A DNA stretch of 64,000 bases from Octopus sinensis (Eukaryota), in contig NC_043002.1 in NCBI RefSeq assembly GCF_006345805.1, forward strand, positions 186,001 to 250,000, read 5' to 3'. Position numbers and translations under genes: made by a program. Position 1 is the stretch's first letter. Every line of letters begins with the position of its first letter. Shown in pieces: positions 52,170 to 64,000 of this stretch. The notes beneath the pieces were generated by a model. It saw nothing but the letters and a program-made list of their open reading frames with translations, searched no databases and was not told the DNA's origin.

Positions 52170-52650
52170 GAAAGATAAGACAGTAAGGTGTGATTTGAGG
52201 GAGATTTGGCTGCTATTTCTACCATGTCTAGCTGCCATGTAGGGGTCTCCCTCATAGACTCATACATACATATATACATAGATAAGACAGTAAGGTGTGA
52301 TTTGGGGGAAATTTGGCTGCTATTTCTACCAGGTCTAGTTGCCATGTAGGGGTCTCCCTCATAGGCTCATACATACATATATACATAGATAAGACAGTAA
52401 GGTGTGATTTGGGGGAAATTTGGCTGCTATTTCTACCATGTCTAGCTGCCATGTAGGGGTCTCCCTCATAGGCTCATACATACATATATACATAGATAAG
52501 ACAGTAAGGTGTGATTTGGGGGAAATTTGGCTGCTATTTCTACCAGGTCTAGCTACCATGTAGAGGTCCCCCTCATTGGCTCATATATATATACATACAT
52601 AAGACAGTAAGGTGTGATTTGAGGGAGATTTGGCTGCTGTTTCTACCAGG
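52170..52650. repeat. 107-bp tandem repeat (~4.5 copies) inside Helitron copy 1
   Basis: gataagacagtaaggtgtgatttg..ggctgctatttctacc recurs with period 107. Confidence 0.93.
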
Positions 52651-53018
52651 TCTGTTAGGCCTTCTCATGTAAACTCAAGCTTTCTCATGCCTTCAACATA
52701 TGACCAAAGCAGAGAATGTATTCTTTTATTCTTCTGCTTTTTCCAGCCATTGGTCTGTGGCCATGCTGGGGCAATGCCTTGAAGAATTGTAGTTTAATGA
52801 ATCAACTCCAGTTTTATTTTTGTAAGCATTGTACTTATTCTATCTGTTTCCTTTGTCAAACCACTAGGTGACAGGGATGTAAACAAACCAACATTCGTTG
52901 TCAAGCAGTGGTGGAGGACAATCACAAGCACAGACACGCACACACACACACATACATGCATACACATATACACACATACATACATACATACATATATATA
53001 TATGTGTGTATATATATA

Positions 53019-53277
53019 TTGCAGCGTGGAAGGTGTTTGTAAGCCATTTAAGAAACACACAAAAACCGTTACATTCACTTCAACATTTAAATTTAATTTG
53101 CCAAAATATTTTCGTCGCTTTCAGACCGCCACCTGTTCACTGACAAAAATATCGTGCTAACAGGTCGCGGTCTCAAAGCGACGAAAATATTTTCACAAAT
53201 TAAATTTAAATGTTGAAGTGAATCTAACGGTTTTTGTGTGTTTCTTAAATGGCTTATAAACACCTTCAACGCTGCAA
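53019..53277. repeat. 259-bp palindrome (118-bp arms, 23-nt loop)
   Basis: ttgcagcgtggaaggtg...cacctgt / acaggt...caccttcaacgctgcaa, about 7 mismatches by eye. Confidence 0.93.
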
Positions 53278-53337
53278 CTGTTTTCGTTCCAGCACACGAT
53301 CTCAGATCAAGTCACTTGCTATGCAAGTACATCTCTG

Positions 53338-53396
<59 letters not shown>

Positions 53397-53871
53397 TAAA
53401 AACAGTAAGATAACAAAAGAAAGAAAGAGACCTCAATATTATGTAAATAGAGGAAATCTTTATATATAAAAGTGAGGTTGTGTGTCTGTCTCCTACGATT
53501 TAGATTCCTAACTACTCCCACATTTTGCGGTGCAGTTTAACCAAAACCGGGTATCTTATAGTCGTGATTCATATCGAGCCCGTCTGGGAAATAGCGCGCG
53601 TCTACGATGAGTCTACGATTTAAAAAAAAATTTACCATCAATTTTTCCTATTTTTAATCCATTTTTGACATATATAAGGGAAGTAACTCTCTAAAATTTA
53701 TTATTAAATCTCAGAACGTAAAAAGCTACAGTAACACCCCGCCCCCTTTGTGGTTAGCCATATTGAGATGGCTATTATACTTTACATCTCTAAAAATGCT
53801 TATATAATTATTTCCCTTACAAACCCGAGCAACGCCGGGCGATACTGCTAGTGTATATATATGTATATGTT

Positions 53872-53931
<60 letters not shown>

Positions 53932-53958
53932 CAAATTGATATAGGGTTTAATAAAGTA

Positions 53959-54567
53959 TCTCTTATTATAAAAGGCAGATTTTATCTGCCTCCCTTTGGG
54001 AGTTATACAAATCTACAATATAGGATTTCTTTAATTACAATTTACCTAGCAGTTTTAAGAGTACAATGCATCGCGTCATGCCAGGTCCAGTTTTTAAAAT
54101 TTAAACTCCAATTAAGCAAAATTTACAGAAAACTCACATTCTGGTGTGTGTGTCAAATGCTTTTCTTAGTCTGGTTTACACCACACGCAAACGCACACAC
54201 ACAGTGGGCAACGAATAAAATGAAAGTAATTCACTTACTGTAGTGAGTGATTCTTTCACTCTGCCTCCCACTTCCTCTTTACACACATAGAAAAAACTTT
54301 TATTTTTTTACATAAGTAATGAGAGCGAAAGAGACTAAGAGAAAGCGATTGTATGACGAGGGAAGTTCCTTTGAAGTTACCGTGCATGGGACTCATTGAT
54401 GTACATGTGTGTGTGTGTGTGTGTTTGATGGAGTGTGGGAGACAGACAGTATGTTGTGTAAGTGAAGTGCTTCTGTTAGTGTGTGTGAAGAGACAGAGAG
54501 AGTAATGTGTGAAAGAGAGAGATAACTGAAATTTTTTACTCGGTTTATGTGTATATGTATGTATGCA

Positions 54568-54610
<43 letters not shown>

Positions 54611-55453
54611 TTATATATAAAAGAAAGGTTGTGTGTCTGTCTACTCCGATTTAGATTCCTAACTACTCCCACATTTTGCGATGCAGTTTAACCAAAACCG
54701 GGTATCTTATAGTCGTGATTCATATCGAGCCCTTCTGGGTATTAGCGCGCGTCTACGATGAGTCTATGATTTTACAAATAATTTACCATCATTTTTTTCC
54801 ATTTTAATGCATATTTTTAAAAATAAACGGAAGTAACTCTCAAACTTCACACCAATATGCGTGCTCATATGCGACGTAATATCACATCACCAGCATTTCC
54901 TCACACTCTCCTTGCACTTGGCGAAGGCAAAATACCAGGGGATGAAAATGGTAATATTGCCATCGATTCCATTTGTACCATTGTTAAGACGCCTTCTGAT
55001 CTCAGAGATGCAGTGTTCCCAGATTTACAAGCTAATTATCAGAATATGGATTGGATTGGCAAAAAGGCTATACTGGCCCCGAGGAATAAAACTGTTCACC
55101 ATATTAATGATGAAATGCTAAAACTCATTCCTGGGGAAGTCGATGTATATCAGTCTATCGATACAACTCCTGACCCAGAGGACGTCATCAACTATCCAAT
55201 AGAGGTACTCAATTCCTTTGAGCACCCGGGACTACCACCACACTTTCTCAAACTTAAAGTTAGTGCCCCTATAATGCTCATCAGAAATTTGGTTCCCCCA
55301 AAACAATGCAATGGCACACGTTTGGCGTTAAGTCCTTATCTCCCACCGTAAGCTTATTTCAATATTTGCCTGAATAATCATCATAATTCAGTGCAATCAT
55401 TAACAGTACTTTCAAGCAATTCAGCCCCGAGCAACGCCGGGCAATTCTGCTAG
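53959..55453 (+). mobile_element. Composite non-autonomous Helitron, copy 2
   Basis: A|TC...CTAG|T with the same hairpin; the flanks rejoin to aataaagta|ttatctgata, present unsplit at ~57380 (and as aataaagcattatctg at ~47540). Confidence 0.92.
54857..55351 (+). pseudogene. PIF1 helicase fragment from another Helitron
   Basis: LRDAVFPDL..AILAPRN..PPHFLKLKVSAPIMLIRNLVPPKQCNGTRL, homologous to 42546-42900. Confidence 0.9.
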
Positions 55454-55506
55454 TTATCTGATAATTGATATTTGATTTAGATGTATTTCTCCATTTTCTC
55501 ATCTTG

Positions 55507-55622
<116 letters not shown>

Positions 55623-56859
55623 AGTATGTATATATATATATATTTGTGTGTGTGTGTGTATATATATATATGTAGTTGTATATATTTAACAAGATATTTA
55701 ACAAGATAAAGGTTTTTATTTTTCATGGACTTGAAAATTTGCTAGAAAATGAAGGATCGTGGCAAAGTTTGGCTGCTATTTCTAGCATGTAAAAATTACC
55801 TGTTAATGGGTAATTTTCTATTTTGAAATGTATATATATGTGTGTGTGTGTGTGTGTGTGCGTGTGTGTGTGTTTGTGTGTGTGTGTGCGCGAGCGTGCA
55901 TGTGTGTGTGTGTGTGCGTGTCTGTGCGTGTGTGACTGTATTTTCAATTGCGTGTGTGTATGTGTGCGTTTGTGCCTTTCGACACCAGTGCGTGCGTGCG
56001 TAACGACACACACACAAACACTCACACACATTCATGCACAAAATTGAAAATGCACAGTTACACACTGAAACACTCACACACAGAAACGAAAATACACACG
56101 CACACATAATTAAAACCAGTCATAAACACACACAGAAATGAAAATACTCAGACACACTCACACTCACACACGCACACACACATACGGACAAACACACACA
56201 CACACACACACACACAAATGAAAATACACAGTTACACACTCACACACACACGCCCACACGCATACACTAGCGCGCGCACACACACACACACGCACAAACA
56301 ATGAACTGGAAACTCGCGCGCACGCAGACACAGAAATGAAAACACACATATGTGTGTGTGTTTGTGTGTGTGTATGTATGAATAGATTTGGTAGATGGAA
56401 ACTGAAAGAAGCCCATCGTATATAAATGTATACATATATGTGTGTGTGAGTGTGTGTGTCTGTTTCCCCTCACCCTCCAACATCGCTTGACAAGAACCGC
56501 TAGGCTTAAAGATAATGTCTTGGGATTGATTTGCTCGACTAAATGCGGTGCTCCAGCATGGCCACAGTCAAATGACTGAAACAAGGAAAATCAAAACATA
56601 TATATATATATATGTTCTTTTATTTTACTTGTTTCAGTCATTTAATTGTGGCCATGCTGGAGCACCGCATTTAGTCAAGCAAATCGATCAGGCCTTCAAG
56701 AAGGACTCGGCGGAATTTGAACTCAGAGCGTAGCGGCAGCCGAAATACCTATTTCTTTACTACCCATAAGAGGCTAAACACAGAGGGGACAAACAAAGAC
56801 AGACATACGGATTAAGGCGATTATATCGACGCCATTGCGTAACTGGTACATATATATAT

Positions 56860-56907
56860 GGTGAAATTGATTAATAATTACTTAATTTTACCCTCAATTG
56901 TTGAAAT

Positions 56908-56950
<43 letters not shown>

Positions 56951-57022
56951 CATCATCATCATCATCATCATTTAACGTCCGCATGGAAAGCGGACGTTAA
57001 ATGATGATGATGATGATGATGA

Positions 57023-57056
<34 letters not shown>

Positions 57057-57100
57057 CAACAATTGAGGGTAAAATTAATTAATTATTAATCAATTTCACC
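56860..57100. repeat. 241-bp fold-back palindrome centred on a (CAT)n repeat tail
   Basis: ggtgaaattg..catttaacgtccgc-atggaaa-gcggacgttaaatg..caatttcacc. Confidence 0.93.
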
Positions 57101-57300
57101 AAGTATTCAGTATGTAAAGGGACCATTTAAGGCGAATTCAAATTATTACATGTTGGAATCCGTGGAAAAGTTCTACACTGGATTAAGTATTTCCTGGCGA
57201 ATAGAACACATGTTGTAGTTGATGGAGTCCACTCAAGCCCAGCAAAAGTCACCAGCGGTGTCCCCCAGGGGACTGTCTTGGGTCAGCTACTCTTCATAAT

Positions 57301-57359
<59 letters not shown>

Positions 57360-57437
57360 AATTGAGACAGGGTTTAATAAAGTATTATCTGATAATTGAT
57401 TAATGATTTAGATGTATTTCTCCATTTTCTCATGTTG

Positions 57438-57486
<49 letters not shown>

Positions 57487-57491
<5 letters not shown>

Positions 57492-58549
57492 TAGATAAAC
57501 TTAGATATGTTTCGAACAAAGATTGGTCCAGGCCATGTCTAACTTAATAGCACCACCTGATAGGATTATTCGAATCCTGTTTAAGTCAAGTTTTGTTTAA
57601 GTCAAGTTTTGTTCAAGTAGTGAGTTCTTGTTGGGTGAGTTGTATCCAGTTTTGTTCAAGTAGTGAGTTCTTGTTGGGTGAGTTATATCCAATTATGGGT
57701 GGCTTATCTGGTATTCTTTGAAGGAATCTATCCAAACTCTGTTTAAAGTTGATGGGATCCTTTTCCTCTTTGATCTCTCTCGGGACAATGTTAAATAGGG
57801 CAGGGCCTGTTGAGGAAAAGAAATTGTGCTGCAGTGTACATGTATGTTGTGATCTTGAATTGGGCAGGGGACGTATAGCCCGTGGTCCAAGTCTTGGATG
57901 AACCTTGAAGCTAATGTTTAGGTCGTTTGGGCAAAGTTGACGGTATATTTTCCACATCGTACAAATGATGTACCGCTCACGGCGACGCTGGAGGGAGTAA
58001 AGTTTCAAGGCTTTAAGGCGATCCCAATAATCGAGAGCAGCCATGCCTTCAATGCGTTTAGTGGCTGTTTTAGTGAGGAGTTTCTTCCAAAATGCATCAG
58101 CTCAAATTTTCCCTCGTTCAGTTGCATTTTGTTTCTGTCTGCCCATTGACTCACAGCATATAGATCAGACTGGAGTTGAGTTCGGTCTGCTTCTTCATTG
58201 ACGATTTGCTGGAGTTGGTGTCATCAGCAAATATTTTCACTTTGCAGTAATGTACGACACTGGAAAGGTCGTTTATGTTGATTATGAAGAGTAGCGGACC
58301 CAAGACAGTCCCCTGGGGGACACCGCTGGTGACTTTTGCAGGAAGTCAGCCATCCTTGATCTTAACACTCTTTCAAACACTTTGATGATGTGGAAGGTGA
58401 GTGAGATTGGGCGATAGTTGAGTGCGAGGGATCCGTTTCCCTGTTTGAAAACCGGGATGATTGACTGGGATAGAAACTGTTTTTGGTATATAACCTGCAT
58501 CTAACGAATTTCTCCAGAGGTTGGTCAGTGGGGCTGCAAGTTGGTGTTT
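57487..58549 (-). mobile_element. CR1-group LINE 3' portion (left arm of palindrome)
   Basis: Minus strand: NYRPISLT, GVPQGTVLGPLLF, VKIFADDT, LKLYSLQRRRERY, 3' UTR. Confidence 0.9.
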
Positions 58550-60024
58550 ACAGTTTCTATCCCAGTCAGTCATCCCGGTTTTCAAACAGGGAAACAGATC
58601 CCTCGCACTCAACTATCGCCCAATCTCACTCACCTCCAACATCATCAAAGTGTTTGAAAGGGTGTTAAGATCAAGGATGGCTGACTTCCTGGAGACCCAG
58701 AAACTCCTACATGCAAATCAGCATGGCGTTCGCTGTGGCAGGGACTGTCTAACACAGCTCTTACACCACATTGAAGATGTACTCAAAGCCTTGGGAACAG
58801 GTTCAAACTCTGATGTCATATATCTTGACTTCAGTAAAGCGTTCGACAGGGTAGACCATAATATCCTACTCTCAAAATTGGTAAATGTTGGAATCCGTGG
58901 AAAAGTTCTACACTGGATCAAGTATTTCCTGGCGAATACAACACATGTTGTAGTTGATGGAGTCCACTCAAGCCCAGCAAAAGTCACCAGCGGTGTCCCC
59001 CAGAGGACTGTCTTGGGTCCGCTACTCTTCATAATCTACATAAACGACCTTTCCAGTGTCGTACATTACTGCAAATCGTCAATGAAGAAGCAGACCTCAA
59101 CTCCAGTCTGATCTATATGCTGTGAGTCAATGGGCAAACAGAAACAAAATGCAACGAAACGAGGGAAAATTTGAGCTGATGCATTTTGGAAGAAACTCCT
59201 CACTAAAACAGCTATACTCTCTTCCTTCAGGGGAACCGCTCACAGCCTCTAACAATATCAGAGAACTGGGTGTAATTGTTGATGACGATCTCAGTTGGAG
59301 TGCACACATCGACAAGAAGGTCGATATAGCTCGTAGGATGAGTTCCTGGATCTTAAGAACTTTCCGGTCCAGAGAACAAGGTGTCATCATACCACTTTTT
59401 TCCTCCTTTGTACGGCCACACCTTGAATACTGCTGCCCACTGTGGTCTCCTCACACAAGACTAAACATCTCCAGAATTGAGTCACCCCAGAGGGCATTCA
59501 CTAAACGAATTGAAGGCATGGCTTCTCTCAATTATTGGGATCGCCTTAAAGCCTTGAAACTTTACTCCCTCCAGCGTCGCCGTGAGCGGTACATCATTTG
59601 TACGATGTGGAAAATATACCGCCAACTATGCCCAAACGACCTAAACATTAGCTTCAAGGTTCATCCAAGACTTGGACCACGGGCTATACGTCCCCTGCCC
59701 AATTCAAGATCACAACATACATGTACACTGCAACATAATTTCTTTTCCTCAACAGGCCCTGCCCTATTTAACATTTTCCCCGAGAGAGATCAAAGAGGAA
59801 AAGGATCCCATCAACTTTAAACAGAGTCTGGATAGATTCCTTCAAAGAATACCAGATAAGCCACCCATAATTGGATACAGCTCACCAAACAAGAAGTCAC
59901 TACTTGAACAAAACTTGACTTAAACAAAACTTGACTTAAACAGGATTCGAATAATCCTATCAGGTGGTGCTATTAAGTTAGACATGGCCTGGACCAATCT
60001 TTGGTCGAAACATATCTAAGTTTA
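58550..60024 (+). mobile_element. CR1-group LINE 3' portion (right arm of palindrome)
   Basis: ORFs 58521-59111 and 59122-59820 (NYRPISLT, YLDFSKAFD, HLEYCCPLWSP, SLQRRRERY); the FADD motif is deleted. Confidence 0.92.
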
Positions 60025-60058
60025 TATATATCTGATATATCTTTATAAATATATATAT

Positions 60059-60135
<77 letters not shown>

Positions 60136-60864
60136 AATCGATCTTCTTCGAGCACATCGTCAGCAGCACTTATTCTTTCTAAGCCTAGTATTTATTCTAA
60201 CTTATTCTTTTCTGCCGAGCCGCTGAAATACAGGGAGGAAAACACACCAGCATCGTTTGAAAAATCTACTATAGCCACGAGCCGACCAAAGCCTTGTGAT
60301 TGGATTTGGTGGAAGGAAACGGGAAAACTCCAGTCATATATATGTTTATATGTGTGCGTGTGTGTCTTTGTTCCCAAACATTGCTACACAACGGATGCTA
60401 GTCTGTTCACGTCCCCATAACTTAGAGGTTCAGCGAAAGAGAATAAGCACTAGGCCTACAATGAATAAGTCCTGGGGTCGATATGCTCGACTAAAGGTCG
60501 TGCTCCAACATGGCCACAGTCAAATGACTGAAACAAGTAAATGAGAGTAAAAGAGTAAATAACGAGAAAAGTCCATGACCTGTTCACTAGGGAGATAGCA
60601 GAAAATATCTCCTAGAGTTACTTCCCTAACGTCATATAATACGTTTCATGTTGTAATATCTGTAAGAAAGTAATAATGACATAATCAAGTTTCTTTTTTG
60701 TTTTATATAGTATATATGCGTATGTGGGTATATACACGTATATCTGTAAGTATATATATATATATATAAATACTGGAGCGCCGCATTTAGTCGATCACAT
60801 CGTCCGCAGCACTTCTTTGTAAGCCTAGTATTTATTCTAACTTATTCTCTTTTGCCGAACCGCT

Positions 60865-61950
60865 AAAATACAGGGAGTAAAACAGCTACAGTCGTTCGAA
60901 GGTAATGACCAAACTGTCTACTCTTATCCACCAGTTCCAACACGATTTAACAAAAAAACAGACAAATTGCTTGACTAGATTTCACTGCAAAGCCAGTAAC
61001 ATCTATGGACTTCCCAAAATCTACAAGAGTTAAGCCATAAACAAAACCTGTAACAAGTTAACTTCTATAGTTATAAATATTCCACACCCGAGAGATCTCC
61101 GAATGAGGCCAATTATGGCCAGTCCAGGTATGTAGATACGGGAGGCATTGGGTGCTTAACACTCGCAAATCTGAAGTCGCTAAAGGTGCAATAAATTGAA
61201 CTTCTTTTCATTTAGAACTTAGGGATCTGCAAATGTGGGTATCTTGGAGATGCTTCAAGTTTGTAGCTGTAAATGTCGCACACACACAAACGGATAAAAA
61301 CGCACATAGGCTCACACACACATACACACAAATAAAAACACAAACACAAACACTGAAATGAAATTACCCACACTCACACACAAAAATAAAAAGTTTCGTA
61401 ATTATCTCCCTTTCTAGAGTTACACCCCTTGCCAAGTATATTTAACAATTATCAGAATATGTGAGGGAAGTAACCCTGGAAGATTTTGGAGTTATCTTCC
61501 TTTGTACCTTGCATATTATAAAATACAGGGAGTAAAACAGCTACAGTCGTTCGAAGGTAATGACCAAACTGTCTACTCTTATCCACCAGTTCCAACACGA
61601 TTTAACAAAAAACCAGACAAATTGCTTGACTAGATTTCACTGCAAAGCTAGTAACATCTATAAACTTCCCAAAATCTACAAAAGTTAAGCCATAAACAAA
61701 ACCGGTAACAAATTAACTTCTATAGTTATAAATATTCCACACCCGAGAGATATCCAAATGAGGCCAATTATGGCCAATCCAGGTATGTAGATACGGGAGG
61801 CATTGGATGCTTAACACTCGCAAATCTGAAGTCGCTAAAGGTGCAATAAATTGAACTTCTTTTCATTTAGAACTTAGGGATCTGCAAATGTGGGTATCTT
61901 GGAGATGCTTAAAGTGTTTGTTGTAGCTGTAATTGTCGCACACACACAAA
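60865..61950 (+). mobile_element. Two tandem Penelope-like RT fragments (period ~655 bp)
   Basis: Copies start at 60865 and 61520; translation LTRFHCKASNIYGLPKIYKS..HPRDLRMRPIMASP resembles the PLE 'YGLPKIHK..RPI' region. Confidence 0.7.
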
Positions 61951-62705
61951 CGAATAAAAACACAGTCGCTCACGTACACACAGAAATAAAAACATTCACA
62001 CAAACACAGACACTGAAATGAAAATAGCATCACACACACATATAAAAAGTCCCACGCACACAAACACTGAAAAAAAATTCTCACAAAAACACTCACATAC
62101 GCACAAAGACAAACACACAAATAAAAATACAGATACATATTCACACACTCAAACACGCGGACAAACACAGAAATGAAATCAGTTACATACCTACACATGC
62201 ACAAACACAGACACACACAAATAGAAATGGAAAATACGGTAACACATCCAAACTCTCACACACTAACATACGCACAAACACACACACACACACAAACACA
62301 AACATAAGCACCCACACACAGAAATGAAAACGCAGTTACACACTCACACATAAAACCCTAACCGTAACTAGCACAAACATACAATTTATTCAGAATGTAA
62401 AGGGGCATTGGCTGCTTTGAACTCGCAGTTAGAATATCAGCCCCCTCCACGCCAGTATTAGAATTTCTGTCATCCACTTGTGAAATTAATACATTGACGA
62501 CACATGGGAAAAATATGAGCAACATCTCAAGTCACTAAAGGTGCAATAAATTGAACTTATTTTGATTTAGTACTTAGTGATCTCAAATGTGGGTATCTTA
62601 GAAATGGTCAAAGTGCTTGTTGCATTTGTAAGTGTCGCACACACACAAACAAATAGAAACACCCAGTCGCTCACACACTCGCGCACACAGAAAAAAGCAC
62701 TCACA

Positions 62706-62754
<49 letters not shown>

Positions 62755-63436
62755 CACTGAAATGAAAATACCCACACTCATATAAATAAAAACAGTCCTA
62801 CACACACAAGGAGCCCTAATAGGTATATCAAAAAAGTTTCTAATATTTTCCTAGCCCATAATTTATGATAATTGAAGTTCTAACAGTAAATAAATACCTA
62901 CTAAATCAGTACATCGAACATTACGTCCCCGTAACTTATCGGTTCTGCAAAAGAGACCTATACGTTAAGTAATAGGCATACAAAGAATAATTGCTGGGGT
63001 TGATTTGTTTGACTAAAGGCGGTGCCCCACCATGAAAGAGTCAAACAGCGAAAAAGTCTATATTACGATAACTACGTACTTAAGGGAAATAACTACAAAG
63101 TATCTTCTACAGTTACTTCCCTTAGATATTAAAATTTAACAATAATAAAATATTACTTAAGGAAATTAACTTTCGGAAGGGAGATAACTAGATAACATCT
63201 TCCAGAGTTACGTTCCTTACATATAATTTTACTACTTTTACTTAACTTATAATATCCAGGGAAAATAACTCTCGAAAATATTATTCATACATGACAATCT
63301 TTTACGCTATTTTGGAGTTTAACTGATCTCTCTAGTGAGTCGGATGTCCCATTATGGCCATCCCTTATATGTTTAAATATCTAAATGTATATACATAAAT
63401 CTGTCAATATATACTTATGTCTCTCTCTCTCTCTCT

Positions 63437-63489
<53 letters not shown>

Positions 63490-63830
63490 ATCTATATACC
63501 ACGGGCTACTTTCTGTTTCCGTGTACCAAATCTACTCAGAAATGTTGGTCTGTCCGAGGCTATAATGGAAGACACTTGCCCATGGGGCCACGTAGTTGGA
63601 CTGAACCAGAATCACCGTGTTTGGAAAGCAAGCTACATACCACAGCCACTCTTACTGCTACATATATATATACGACAGTCTTCTTTTAGTTTCCGTCTCC
63701 CAAATCCACCCACAAGGCTTTGGTCGGCACGAGACTATAGTAGAAGACATTTGCCCAACATGCCACCCAGTGGGACTGAACTCGAAAACATTTTTAGGTA
63801 AGCAAGCTAATTCCCATTCAGACACTACTG
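63490..63830 (-). mobile_element. Two tandem diverged SINE fragments
   Basis: Reverse-complement SINE heads (accacacagccactc-like; ttcagtttccgtct..gaagacacttgccc); other diverged SINE pieces at 60180-60550 and 62920-63050. Confidence 0.7.
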
Positions 63831-64000
63831 TTTGTTAACCGGACAATTTCAAGGTGAGCCCTACTAGTTTGTATGCAAATGAGTTCATTAATGGGGTCCG
63901 GAACTTTCACGGCTGGTTCCCATAAGACAATGCAACCACCTTGGGTATATGTGGACTGTGCTCACACACGCACAAACACCTACACGTCCGCACCCACGAA

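Larger units (their letters stand above)
51660..53851 (+). mobile_element. Composite non-autonomous Helitron, copy 1
   Basis: A|TCTCTTATTATAAAAGGCAG start; CCCGAGCAACGCCGGG hairpin + CTAG|T end; second internal 5'-like end A|TCTTATATATATAAAAGTGAGG at 53457. Confidence 0.8.

Overview
Repeat-dense eukaryotic genomic DNA, most likely cephalopod (octopus-like, judged from recognition of the tRNA-derived SINE family and the (TA)n/(CA)n/(TAG)n microsatellite load; not database-checked). It has one 100-N scaffold gap at 33585-33684. The only host-gene candidate is a + strand spliced gene that the ORF track misses: exons at 10803-10878, 11104-11261, 20319-20425, 22298-22402, 23555-23665 and 25666-25740, all GT-AG with compatible phases. 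It encodes a signal peptide, an N-glycosylation-rich ectodomain and a hydrophobic segment; I could not assign the family. The rest is mostly transposable elements: four large RTE LINE relics, a hATm-like and a pogo (DD35D) transposase relic, and a ~7.8-kb autonomous-type Helitron (HUH Rep + PIF1) interrupted by a 5'-truncated CR1-like LINE with an uninterrupted RT ORF. There are also two composite non-autonomous Helitrons (one with an in-window empty site), Penelope fragments, many SINEs, and 26-, 32- and 107-bp minisatellites. The most unusual structural signal is a cluster of fold-back/inverted duplications, including a ~2.5-kb LINE palindrome whose left arm has two deletions that I count as 286 bp each. 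All alignments and lengths were done by eye and need computational confirmation.
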